In this document: piece by piece, positions 51,672 through 60,713 of the stretch
Layout of the letters: each line of letters opens with the position of its first letter
Position numbering within the stretch: position 1 is the stretch's first letter
DNA from: an uncultured SAR86 cluster bacterium
GTDB lineage: Bacteria; Pseudomonadota; Gammaproteobacteria; Magnimaribacterales; D2472
Reading direction: 5' to 3'
Assembly: GCA_902512655.1 (NCBI GenBank)
Contig: CABXJR010000003.1
Span: 3,355-67,354, forward strand
Length of the DNA: 64,000 nucleotides
Made by a program: the position numbers and the translations under genes
The notes under the pieces: generated by a model
The model's input: only the letters and a program-made list of their open reading frames with translations
Told to the model about the DNA's origin: nothing
Databases searched by the model: none

Positions 51672-52561
51672 AGCTTTGAAAATACCCTCATTACTGCGCT
51701 TCTTGAGCGAGGATTCATTTTGATATCATTGAGGGATGGTTTTATTTTCTTCTTGATACACCTATAAGTTTCCTTTACTGAGGTATTAATTGGTATATCT
51801 TTAGGTAACTCTTCAATTTCAGGTTTAAAGAAATTTTTTACAATTCTGTCCTCTAAAGAGTGGAATGAAATAATAACTACCACTCCGCCAACTTCAAGAA
51901 CATCATGTAGCTTTGAGAGCACTATTTTTAAATGATGTAACTCATTGTTTACATGGATTCTTATGGCTTGAAATGACTTTGTTGCCGGATGGGTTTTGCC
52001 AGTTCTTTTGAGAACTGTTTCGATCGTTTTTGTGAGTTCAATTGTAGTTTCCATTAACCTAGTGGCTCTAAACTGAACTATAGCCTTTGCAATTTTTCTT
52101 GATGCTTTTTCATCTCCATATTCGTATAAAATATCACTTATCTCTTTTTCAGATGCACTATTTAACCACTCAGCAGCACTAAAACCTGAAGATGTATCCA
52201 TTCTCATATCTAAAGGCCCATCACTTTGGAAGCTAAAACCTCTCATTGGATTATCTAAATGAGTTGAACAAGTACCAAGATCTAACAAAATTCCATCAAA
52301 TTGCTGCTGAGGAAATAGTGAATCAATTGCAGAATAATTCGAGTGGTAAATACTAAAACGTGAATCTGTGATGTTGTCTTTCCCATATGAGAATGCCTCT
52401 TGATCCCTGTCAACAGCATGCAGTGACCCTTTAGGAGAGATTCTGTTTAAGATTTCCTGAGAGTGGCTACCTCGTCCAAAAGTTAAATCTAGATAAGTTC
52501 CAGACAAATCATGGAGCAAGAAATCTAATGATTCTTCCAGCAGAACTGGAACATGGAGCAT
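51668..52561 (-). CDS. rsmH: 16S rRNA m4C1402 methyltransferase RsmH (MraW)
   Basis: 297 aa. Starts HVPVLLEE; also has DLTFGRGSHS, ISFHSLEDR, and NPRSRSA. Confidence 0.95.
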   Translation of the reverse strand: MLHVPVLLEESLDFLLHDLSGTYLDLTFGRGSHSQEILNRISPKGSLHAVDRDQEAFSYGKDNITDSRFSIYHSNYSAIDSLFPQQQFDGILLDLGTCSTHLDNPMRGFSFQSDGPLDMRMDTSSGFSAAEWLNSASEKEISDILYEYGDEKASRKIAKAIVQFRATRLMETTIELTKTIETVLKRTGKTHPATKSFQAIRIHVNNELHHLKIVLSKLHDVLEVGGVVVIISFHSLEDRIVKNFFKPEIEELPKDIPINTSVKETYRCIKKKIKPSLNDIKMNPRSRSAVMRVFSKL

Positions 52562-52565
52562 TGAT

Positions 52566-53693
52566 TTAATCTACTTGCTTTCTCATGAAGGTTGGCACAT
52601 CAAGGAAATCTATATCCTCTGCAGACGATGTGCCACCTGACTCGACCAATTTTTCTAGCTGTGGTGCATCTAGACCCACTGGATTTAGTTGCACTGTTGC
52701 TTTTCTTGAATTATCAACTGCTAAAGTTGCTGTTTTTTGATTTACACCTGTCGCAACAACCGTAACAAGTAATTCCTCTTCATCCATTGAGTCTTCCATG
52801 ACAGTTCCATAAATAATAGTTGCGTCATCAGCTGTAAATTCTCTAATAACTGAATCAACCTCATCGAAATCAGCCATTGTTGGAGATTTTGCAGTTATGT
52901 TTACTAGTATGCCCCTTGCGTCTTTTAGCTCAATGTCTTCGAGCAGCTCTGAGCTGACAGCTTGGCTAGCAGCATCAATCCCTCTTTCATCAGCGCTTGA
53001 TTGACCTGTGCCCATCATAGCTATACCTTTTTCTGACATAACTGTTTTTACATCAGCAAAGTCAACATTTATGTAGCCGGGTTTCATGATGATGTCAGAT
53101 ATGCCTTGAACCGCCCCTTTTAAAATGTCATCTGCTTTTGCGAAAGCCTCTTCCATGGAAGTTTTTCTTCCAAGAATATCCATCAATTTTTGATTCGGTA
53201 TTGTAATTAGACTGTCAACTTCTTCAACTAGTTCGGCTATACCTTGTTCAGCTGCAGCTTTTCTTTTATGACCTTCAAAGTTAAATGGCTTGGTAACTAC
53301 AGCTACTGTTAAAGCTCCAAGCTCCTTGGCAATTTCTGCAATAATTGGGGCGGCACCGGTTCCAGTTCCTCCTCCCATTCCTGCAGTGATAAAGATCATA
53401 TCTGCTCCAGATAATAATTCTTCAATTGCAGCTCTATCTCTTTCAGCTGCAGCCCTTCCTACCTTTGGATCTGCTCCAGCTCCCAAACCCCTAGTAACAT
53501 TATCACCAAGCTTTAAAATAGTAGATCCTTTGGCTCTGTCTAATGCTTGAGAATCAGTGTTTGCACAGATAAAATCCGCTCCCTGGATCTCATGATTTAT
53601 CATATGGATAACTGCATTCCCTCCAGCACCACCCACACCGATAACTTTAATCTTGGCTAGTCCAGCATTTTCTTCAATTATTTCCCAATTCAT
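52566..53693 (-). CDS. ftsZ: Cell division GTPase FtsZ, in a non-canonical position between mraZ and rsmH
   Basis: 375 aa. Tubulin signature GGGTGTGAAP, NTDSQAL, and the conserved C-terminal peptide DIDFLDVPTFMRKQ. Confidence 0.96.
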   Translation of the reverse strand: MNWEIIEENAGLAKIKVIGVGGAGGNAVIHMINHEIQGADFICANTDSQALDRAKGSTILKLGDNVTRGLGAGADPKVGRAAAERDRAAIEELLSGADMIFITAGMGGGTGTGAAPIIAEIAKELGALTVAVVTKPFNFEGHKRKAAAEQGIAELVEEVDSLITIPNQKLMDILGRKTSMEEAFAKADDILKGAVQGISDIIMKPGYINVDFADVKTVMSEKGIAMMGTGQSSADERGIDAASQAVSSELLEDIELKDARGILVNITAKSPTMADFDEVDSVIREFTADDATIIYGTVMEDSMDEEELLVTVVATGVNQKTATLAVDNSRKATVQLNPVGLDAPQLEKLVESGGTSSAEDIDFLDVPTFMRKQVD

Positions 53694-53704
53694 TTTCTAC
53701 CCCT

Positions 53705-54172
53705 TTAAAAAGATATTGTTTTTAAACTTTCTGGTAATACAACCTCAAGAATTTCGGTTGATAAAGCACCACCTGTTTGCCTCATTTCCCAATTTTTGTC
53801 ATTCCAGACTTCAAATTTATTTCCCATGCCAATGAATGATACTTTTTGTTCCTTTTGAATTTCTGCATACTCTCTAAGCTCTGAAGGCAATAGTATTAAC
53901 ATTCTGCTTTTTGGATCAAATGAACTCTCGCTAGCATTTCCCAAAATTGTCCATTGTAAGTTTCTTACAATTGGATCAAGGCCTTGTAATGATTGAAGTT
54001 CAGTGGATATACTTTTCCAAATTGAGCCTGGATAGACTTTTAATGCTGGATACTGAGGGTCTCTTGTAACAACAATGCTTTCTTCATTTTGAGCATAAAG
54101 TTGATTTCGATATTTAGCTGGGACAGCTAACCTTCCCTTTGCATCTATCGAAATTGTTGTAAAACCAAACAT
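53705..54172 (-). CDS. mraZ: Transcriptional regulator MraZ
   Basis: 155 aa. Starts MFGFTTISIDAKGRLAVPAKYR, with a second SpoVT/AbrB-like repeat (DPKSRMLILLPSELREYA). Confidence 0.93.
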   Translation of the reverse strand: MFGFTTISIDAKGRLAVPAKYRNQLYAQNEESIVVTRDPQYPALKVYPGSIWKSISTELQSLQGLDPIVRNLQWTILGNASESSFDPKSRMLILLPSELREYAEIQKEQKVSFIGMGNKFEVWNDKNWEMRQTGGALSTEILEVVLPESLKTISF

Positions 54173-54194
54173 AAAGTATAGTAAAAATTAATAT

Positions 54195-54240
54195 CTACAC
54201 ACTTTATACTACATTTATCACACTTTTACACACTTTTTTT
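54195..54240 (-). promoter_or_regulatory. Phased direct repeats (AAAGTGTG x3 plus one degenerate copy): candidate MraZ operator / Pmra region
   Basis: The minus strand reads AAAGTGTGTA AAAGTGTGAT AAATGTAGTAT AAAGTGTGTAG. Repeat starts on the plus strand are 54198, 54209 (degenerate), 54219 and 54229, giving 10-11 bp phasing. The array lies 20-65 nt upstream of the mraZ ATG. Confidence 0.55.
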
Positions 54241-54249
54241 AAAAAAAAT

Positions 54250-54586
54250 GAGTTGAGTTGATCTATAAGCCGGATTCTGTATTAAATGGCCATCTATCTA
54301 GGCAATATGTCGCCATATTGCTCAAGCAACCTACCCGAATCCTAGACGAGTAGCCTAAATGGATCCCTATTTGGTTTTGCTTCAAAGTGGGGTTTACACT
54401 GCCGTATTTGTTACCAAATACGCGGTAGGCTCTTACCCTGCCATTTCACCCTTACCAATTTCTTGGCGGTATAATTTCTGTTGCACTTGCCGTGAGCTCA
54501 CGCTCCCCAGGAATTACCTGGCACTCTACTCTATGAAGTCCGGACTTTCCTCTAACAAATTGTTAGCAGCCATCCGATCAACTCGC
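54250..54586 (-). ncRNA. rnpB: RNase P RNA (bacterial type A), compact at ~337 nt
   Basis: The minus strand contains GGAAAGTCCGGACTTCATAGAGTAGAGTGCCAGGTAA, GGTAAGGGTGAAATGG..GGTAAGAGC, AGCAAAACCAAATAGGG, GGGTAGGTTGCTTGAGC and ACAGAATCCGGCTTATAG. These match E. coli M1 RNA conserved regions. P1 pairs GAGTTGATC with GATCAACTC, and a U-run follows. End coordinates are +/-5 nt. Confidence 0.9.
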
Positions 54587-54606
54587 ATGCATTTTAATAC
54601 CTTTTG

Positions 54607-55431
54607 CTATGATTTAGAAATCTCTAAAAGGAATTTATAAACTTCTTGCTTGGAAAAAGATGTAATTTTAGCTAAAAGCTTTGATGCGTCTGTTGGAGAT
54701 AAATAATCAAGAAATGGACGACAAAAATTTTCATCTAAATTGATAGCTGTGCTGAGATATGAGCCAGGATAGATAAGAATTACGAACTCTCCCAATAATT
54801 TAATTTCATCATTTTTAATAAGAATTGCTATTTCTTTAATCGTTCCTCTATAAACAGACTCATATTCCTTGGTCATCTCACGACAAATTGCTACCTGAGT
54901 ACCTGGTCTAAGGACTTCAGAAAAAATTGAAATGGTATTGCTAATCCTCTTTGCAGATTCAAAATAAATATTTGTCGCGTCAGAGTTTTGTAACTTTCTG
55001 GCAATTTTTCTTTTTGCTTCATGTTGTTTAGGTAAAAAACCATTAAATAAGAATTTATCTGATGGCAAACCTGAAAGAATAACAGCATTTATCACTGCCG
55101 ATGCTCCAGGGAGGACGGTAAAAGAAATATCTTCATTGATGCACCTTTTAATTAATGGATAGCCTGGATCAGATATAAGCGGTGCCCCTGCATCAGATAT
55201 AAGTGCTATTTTTTCTCCGCCTTTAATTAGATTAATAATTTCATCGCTAGCTTGATCCTCATTATGTTCATGAAATGGTTTTGTTTTCTTCTGAATATCA
55301 AAATGTTGCATTAGTTTTGCAGCAACTCTAGTGTCTTCTGCAAAAATTTTATCTACTTCATTTAAAGTTTTAATTGACCTCAATGAGAAATCATTTAAAT
55401 TACCAATGGGGGTACAAATTATATAAAGCAT
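54607..55431 (-). CDS. rsmI: 16S rRNA 2'-O-ribose C1402 methyltransferase RsmI
   Basis: 274 aa. LYIICTPIGNL, AEDTR, ISDAGAPLISDPGY, and ESAKR. Confidence 0.93.
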   Translation of the reverse strand: MLYIICTPIGNLNDFSLRSIKTLNEVDKIFAEDTRVAAKLMQHFDIQKKTKPFHEHNEDQASDEIINLIKGGEKIALISDAGAPLISDPGYPLIKRCINEDISFTVLPGASAVINAVILSGLPSDKFLFNGFLPKQHEAKRKIARKLQNSDATNIYFESAKRISNTISIFSEVLRPGTQVAICREMTKEYESVYRGTIKEIAILIKNDEIKLLGEFVILIYPGSYLSTAINLDENFCRPFLDYLSPTDASKLLAKITSFSKQEVYKFLLEISKS

Positions 55432-55440
55432 GAAATTAAC

Positions 55441-56544
55441 ATGATGATTTTAAAAAAAAATAAATATTTAGCTCTTTTTATAACATTTATTATATTAGCA
55501 TCATGCTCAACAACATCGAAAAATTTAGAAATTAATTCACCAGAACCTGAAACGCGTGACTCAAAAGATTTCAAAGAAATCATGGACTATCAAAGTTACT
55601 CTCTTTATGACTTAGAAACAATCCAGAGGATCATTGAAATTGATATTTTGGATGAAAAACAGCTAAGAGATGCAAAATTATTAAAAAATAATTATCAAAA
55701 AATTCTATCCAAGAAAAAATACTCTCTTGAGCTCAAGCTTGATCAGCAATACTCTAAAGAGATTATAGAATTAATCTATAAACTGAATCTTCCGGTTAAG
55801 ATTCTGTGGAGTGAAAAAAAACAAAGCTCGCTCCCTGAAAATTTACTTACAGATAAAATTAATGGTTTCTGCTCAAGCATTTATGATGATGCTATTGATT
55901 CAATAAATAAGGCAATAAACGAAAAATCAAATTCAATATTAGTGATCTACTCTAAAGAATATGAATTCATTATTAAAGATTTAAAATCAAATAATTCAAA
56001 CTTCATGACAGTAGAATATGATTCAACTAACTTCCAGGAATTTTCTGCTAAGGTGTTTGGAATTAATTTTAGCGAAAAAAGATTTAAAAAGATTTCAAAC
56101 CTAAACCCAAATCAAAACTTAAATTTTATCCCTCGATCTAGATCTGATTTAAATCAAGTAATAATCCTTTTAAGGCCTCAAGAATACAAATCAATGATTC
56201 CAGCTCTAAGATATCATGGAGACAACCATTTTGAATATTTTAACTTTATCTCTTCTTTGGAAAATATTACCAATCCCCTGCAATTATTAGACTATGAAGA
56301 TTCTTGGACCCCTATTTCAAGATATGTAACAAGAAAAATTCAAAAAGATGAGCTAACAGCTCTAGAAAAATTCTTAGAATTAGGGGCTCTGCATGAATGG
56401 TTAATAGTGGAGTTTCTAAAGCAAGCCGGAGTTCAATCTGCAAATATAAATGGCGTTACTGGCAGTATTATTTTTCAACCAAATTCATGCTCAAAAAGAA
56501 TAATTCCTTTGCAGAAAATTAGCTCAGATTTATTTTCATCTTAG
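55441..56544 (+). CDS. lpoA: LpoA-like lipoprotein (candidate PBP1A activator), about half the E. coli length
   Basis: 367 aa. Signal peptide with lipobox ILASC. Divergent from rsmI, as for E. coli yraL/yraM. The call rests mostly on synteny. Confidence 0.45.
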   Translation: MMILKKNKYLALFITFIILASCSTTSKNLEINSPEPETRDSKDFKEIMDYQSYSLYDLETIQRIIEIDILDEKQLRDAKLLKNNYQKILSKKKYSLELKLDQQYSKEIIELIYKLNLPVKILWSEKKQSSLPENLLTDKINGFCSSIYDDAIDSINKAINEKSNSILVIYSKEYEFIIKDLKSNNSNFMTVEYDSTNFQEFSAKVFGINFSEKRFKKISNLNPNQNLNFIPRSRSDLNQVIILLRPQEYKSMIPALRYHGDNHFEYFNFISSLENITNPLQLLDYEDSWTPISRYVTRKIQKDELTALEKFLELGALHEWLIVEFLKQAGVQSANINGVTGSIIFQPNSCSKRIIPLQKISSDLFSS

Positions 56545-57149
56545 TCCCGAAGATCTCTTTCTATTAAAGATAGGCTGTCTTGAAAGCTAGGTCTAGCAAA
56601 TATTTTTGCTTGATAATCCAATAAAGGTTTGAGGTGCCTATTCAAGGGAAGGTTTATTCCAAGAGAAGGCAGTCTCCACAGAATTGGAGCTAAGTAGCAA
56701 TCAATTATAGAAAAGTCTTCGCTCATGAAGAAATTAAATTCTTTAAAAGTTGGTGCTACAGTGCTTATTTCATTTAATAATTCTTCTCTTACAATCAATA
56801 GTTCTTTTTCAGAAAGCTCTTTAGCAATTAATATATCAACTAATGGGCACCATTCTTTATTTATCCTTAGCATCAGGATTCTACTATTAGCTCTTGAGAC
56901 TGGATATACTGGAAGAAGTGGAGGATGAGGGAACCGCTCATCAAGATATTCCAACATCACTCCTGTGTCATATAAGCCGAGATCTCTATCGGCTAAAATA
57001 GGTAAGGTGTGATAGGGATTTAAAGCTAAAACTTCTTCAGGCGCCTCTTCATTTGAAGTTTCCCTTATTTCACATGCAATATCCTTTTCAGCAAGGACAA
57101 TTCGCACCCTATGGCTATAGTGGTCGTCGTTATTAGAATATAAAATCAT
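56541..57149 (-). CDS. sspA: Stringent starvation protein A (GST-like)
   Basis: 202 aa. YSHRVRIVLAEK and MLEYLDERFPHPPLLPVYPV are nearly identical to E. coli SspA blocks. Confidence 0.93.
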   Translation of the reverse strand: MILYSNNDDHYSHRVRIVLAEKDIACEIRETSNEEAPEEVLALNPYHTLPILADRDLGLYDTGVMLEYLDERFPHPPLLPVYPVSRANSRILMLRINKEWCPLVDILIAKELSEKELLIVREELLNEISTVAPTFKEFNFFMSEDFSIIDCYLAPILWRLPSLGINLPLNRHLKPLLDYQAKIFARPSFQDSLSLIERDLRD

Positions 57150-57174
57150 AGTGCCTCTTTTTTGTTGTTAAAAT

Positions 57175-57972
57175 CTAGTGATAATCTTTTTGATATTCTC
57201 TAAAAAGAAGATACGCAAACGATGTAAATACCACAAAAAATAATATTGCATACCAACCCATTCTTTCTCTGTCTGATCTACTTGGTTCCCCAATGTATGT
57301 CATGAAATTGACCAAGTTAAATATTACTTCATCAAATTCTTGCACGGACAATGAACCAGATCCCTCAATAGTTTTAAGGTAGCCACATTTCTTCTCAGTT
57401 ATATCATTACCAAACTCATCCCTTCTAACTCCGCCATTACTTGCAATAATTGGTATATCCTTACACGATAAAATTTGTTGACCCTGCAACGAGGCCAAAG
57501 CGTTTGGCATTGCTGCACCAGGATAGACCATGTTATTTACCCCATAGGGTTTTGAGGAGTCTTCATAGAACGTTCTAAGATATGAATATACCCAATCTGA
57601 TCCATGCAATCTAGTAACAAGCGTAAGATCAGGGGGAGCTATGCCGAACCAAGTTTCAGAAACGGCTGGTTTCATTGATCCCATCATTCTATCTCCCAGC
57701 TTTACGTTTGTGCCGAATACCAAGTTATCAATGAAAATGTCTTCAGGAATATCTAAATCCTCTGAAACCCTTCCCCAACGAGAATATTTAAGCGAATGAC
57801 AGCCATAACAATGATTAATAAAAGTAAGTGCGCCTAATTGCAGTGACTCCATATTATTAAGCTCAGGTTTAAAAGTATCGCATTCTCCATAATCTCCGCA
57901 TGGAGCACCTACTGCTGCCATAGATTCCATGGAACCAAAAAATAAGAAAGCTAATAACAAGGTTTTCTTCAT
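57175..57972 (-). CDS. petC: Cytochrome c1 of the bc1 complex
   Basis: 265 aa. Signal peptide, heme motif CYGCHS and a C-terminal TM anchor. Confidence 0.9.
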   Translation of the reverse strand: MKKTLLLAFLFFGSMESMAAVGAPCGDYGECDTFKPELNNMESLQLGALTFINHCYGCHSLKYSRWGRVSEDLDIPEDIFIDNLVFGTNVKLGDRMMGSMKPAVSETWFGIAPPDLTLVTRLHGSDWVYSYLRTFYEDSSKPYGVNNMVYPGAAMPNALASLQGQQILSCKDIPIIASNGGVRRDEFGNDITEKKCGYLKTIEGSGSLSVQEFDEVIFNLVNFMTYIGEPSRSDRERMGWYAILFFVVFTSFAYLLFREYQKDYH

Positions 57973-59186
57973 AATCTTTCTGGTACCGGCTTAGTTTTTT
58001 CAATTGAAGTATATATTGGCATTAATAAGAAAAATGCAAAATAGATCACGGTACCAATTATGCTGAGTGTTGTTCTTAAAGCTGTCACGGGAACTGTTCC
58101 AAGCCAAGCAAGCATTAGCCAGCTAATAATAAATATTGTCATAGCGATCTTGCTAAGTATTCCTTTATACCTGATAGAAGCTGCTTTGCTCCTATCGAGC
58201 CATGGCACCACAAATAATATAGCTATAGCTGCACCCATAACTACTAAACCACCAAGCTTGTCTGGGACAGCTCTTAACATTGCATAATATGGTGAGTAAT
58301 ACCAGACAGGTGCTATGTGTTCAGGAGTACTTAATGGATTAGCTTCTTCAAAATTTGCTAACTCAAGCATATATCCACCACCTTCAGGGAAGAAAAACAT
58401 GATAATTGAAAATACAATACCAAAGATTCCTATGGCAACTAATGCATTCAAAACTTTGTATGGAAAAAATGGGACGCTATCTAGTGGAACTCCATTCTCA
58501 TCTATATGCTTTTCAATATCAACGCCTTCTGGATTGCCTGCTCCTACTTCATGCAAAGCAACTAAATGCATAAAAACTAATGCAATCAAGATAAGAGGCA
58601 AAGCTACTACATGTAATGCAAAAAATCTTGAAATTGTTGCGCCAGAAATATAGTAATCACCTCTAACCCAAATTTCTAATGATTCGCCAATATAAGGAAT
58701 GGCTCCAAAAAGAGAGATAATAACTTGCGCACCCCAATAAGACATTTGGCCGTAAGGTAATACATATCCCAAGAAGCCCTCAGCCATCATAACAAGGTAA
58801 ATGGTCATACCAAAAACCCAAACCAACTCTCTCGGCTTATGATAAGAACCATATAACAATCCTCGAAACATATGAAGATATACAACAGCAAAGAACATTG
58901 AAGCTCCGGTGGTATGCATGTATCTAATAATCCAACCATATTCAATATCTCGCATAATGTATTCAATAGAAGCAAATGCGCCCTCTTCAGTGTTCTCATA
59001 TCCAAACATCAGCCAAATACCTGAAACAATTTGAATAATTAAAACAACGGATGCTAAAGCTCCAAACATGTACCAGAAATTTACTTTCTTGGGAACTGGA
59101 TGCTTTGATAGATGACGCTCATATGTATTTACGATAGGTAAACGGGCGTTTATCCAATTAAAAAATCCTGATGATTTTTGGGTCAT
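57969..59186 (-). CDS. petB: Cytochrome b of the bc1 complex
   Basis: 405 aa polytopic protein. IRYMHTTGASMFF, and a PEWY-equivalent in TPEHIAPVWYYSPYYA. Confidence 0.94.
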   Translation of the reverse strand: MTQKSSGFFNWINARLPIVNTYERHLSKHPVPKKVNFWYMFGALASVVLIIQIVSGIWLMFGYENTEEGAFASIEYIMRDIEYGWIIRYMHTTGASMFFAVVYLHMFRGLLYGSYHKPRELVWVFGMTIYLVMMAEGFLGYVLPYGQMSYWGAQVIISLFGAIPYIGESLEIWVRGDYYISGATISRFFALHVVALPLILIALVFMHLVALHEVGAGNPEGVDIEKHIDENGVPLDSVPFFPYKVLNALVAIGIFGIVFSIIMFFFPEGGGYMLELANFEEANPLSTPEHIAPVWYYSPYYAMLRAVPDKLGGLVVMGAAIAILFVVPWLDRSKAASIRYKGILSKIAMTIFIISWLMLAWLGTVPVTALRTTLSIIGTVIYFAFFLLMPIYTSIEKTKPVPERL

Positions 59187-59770
59187 TATGCTGTGCCTCT
59201 TTCTTCCCCTATTGTTAATATATTTCCGTCAAAGTAATGAGGCGGAACCTTTAAATTGGTAGGTGCTGGGACTCCTTTGAATACTCTTCCTACAATATCA
59301 AACATCGATCCATGGCAAGGACAAAAAAATCCGCCAACCCATGATTCATCCCAGGGCTGAGATTCTATTTCAGGGTAATATTTAGGAGCGCAGCCTAGAT
59401 GAGTGCAAACTCCAGCAATAACTGTATATTCTTGAGAAGTAGATCTAGTTGGATTGATATCTCTATAGGGCTCATCTATTTTCAGTGAACTTGGATCATC
59501 TAATTTAGATTCAACTTTTGAGAGGCTTTCCAATGCTTCTTTACTATGCCTAATAACAAAAACAGGTTGTTTCCTCCATGCAACCTGAATTTTTTGCCCA
59601 ATCTGCATTTTTGAAACATCAACTTTAACAGGACCGCCAACTGCTTTTGCCTTAGCGCTTGGGTTCCATGAAGCAATAAAGGGAACAACTGCAAATGATG
59701 CGCCAACTGCTCCTACGGCTGAGGTCATGCCTATAAGTACTTTTCTTCGCGTGGTAATTTTTTCTTCCAT
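59186..59770 (-). CDS. petA: Rieske [2Fe-2S] subunit of the bc1 complex
   Basis: 194 aa. CTHLGC and CPCHGS Rieske boxes, with a Tat-like N-terminus TRRKVL. Confidence 0.94.
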   Translation of the reverse strand: MEEKITTRRKVLIGMTSAVGAVGASFAVVPFIASWNPSAKAKAVGGPVKVDVSKMQIGQKIQVAWRKQPVFVIRHSKEALESLSKVESKLDDPSSLKIDEPYRDINPTRSTSQEYTVIAGVCTHLGCAPKYYPEIESQPWDESWVGGFFCPCHGSMFDIVGRVFKGVPAPTNLKVPPHYFDGNILTIGEERGTA

Positions 59771-59816
59771 TAATACCTATATTGGGAATGAACGGTAATA
59801 TTTAAATAATAAGAAA

Positions 59817-60209
59817 TTAACGTTTAGAAAATTGAGAGCTTTTTCTTGCTTTCTTTAATCCCGGTTTCTTTCTTTCAACTTTTCTATCATCTCTTGTTAG
59901 AAATCCTGCAGATTTCAATTGTGATCTTAGTGACTCATCAAATTCAAGCAAAGCTCTAGAAATACCATGCCGAATAGCTCCAGCTTGACCAAAACTACCC
60001 CCGCCTTTAACCATAGCCTTAATATCCACCTGCTCATCCAGCTCGGTCAATCTCAAAGGTTGCATCACTAACATTTGTGCAACCTGCCTTCCGAAGTAAT
60101 GGGACAATTCTTTATTATTCACTAGAATTTTTCCTTTACCTTTAGAAAGATAGACTCTTGCAGATGAAGTCTTCCTTCTGCCGGTTGCGTAATGAATTGC
60201 TGTGCTCAT
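59817..60209 (-). CDS. rpsI: 30S ribosomal protein S9
   Basis: [13 protein letters not shown] and a C-terminal ..KKARK..QFSKR. ATG 60209 forms an ATGA overlap with the rplM stop. The track start at 60224 is probably too long. Confidence 0.94.
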   Translation of the reverse strand: MSTAIHYATGRRKTSSARVYLSKGKGKILVNNKELSHYFGRQVAQMLVMQPLRLTELDEQVDIKAMVKGGGSFGQAGAIRHGISRALLEFDESLRSQLKSAGFLTRDDRKVERKKPGLKKARKSSQFSKR

Positions 60210-60640
60210 AATTTTGGTTCCCAAATTTGTGGTTCTTGTGATTCATGAGGGTGATTATCACCTTGATATACCTTAAGTTTTTTGAACATCTGCTTTCCAA
60301 GTTTATTTTTTGGCAGCATGCCTTTGACCGCTTGCTCTAAGACGTATTCAGGCTTATCTTCAAGAACATTTTTAAACGCTTTAGTCTTAAGCCCACCAGG
60401 ATAAAGAGAGTGAGTGTAATATTTTTTATCATCAAACTTTTTCCCAGTAACTTGGATTTTCTCTGCATTAATGACTACTACATAATCTCCACCATCAGTG
60501 TGGGGAGTGAAGGTTGGTTTATCTTTGCCTCTGATACGATCAGCTATTTTTGTGGCAAGACGCCCTAGAATTTTGTCAGAAGCATCTACAATATACCAAT
60601 CATGCTTAGCGTCTTCTTTTCTGAGTGAAAGAGTTTTCAT
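60206..60640 (-). CDS. rplM: 50S ribosomal protein L13
   Basis: 144 aa. WYIVDA..K.LGRLA..IA..LRGK, and GMLPKN.LG. Confidence 0.95.
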   Translation of the reverse strand: MKTLSLRKEDAKHDWYIVDASDKILGRLATKIADRIRGKDKPTFTPHTDGGDYVVVINAEKIQVTGKKFDDKKYYTHSLYPGGLKTKAFKNVLEDKPEYVLEQAVKGMLPKNKLGKQMFKKLKVYQGDNHPHESQEPQIWEPKL

Positions 60641-60713
60641 TACTTTTTTGTTTTAAAGAAAAAAATTAGATGCGAATGTTAATGTTTACGCGCTATTTAA
60701 TCAATATTTTAAT

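Noticed and set aside
54359-54640. 93-aa plus-strand ORF
   Set aside because: It overlaps the RNase P RNA gene on the opposite strand. Its relatively GC-rich open frame is explained by the structured RNA.
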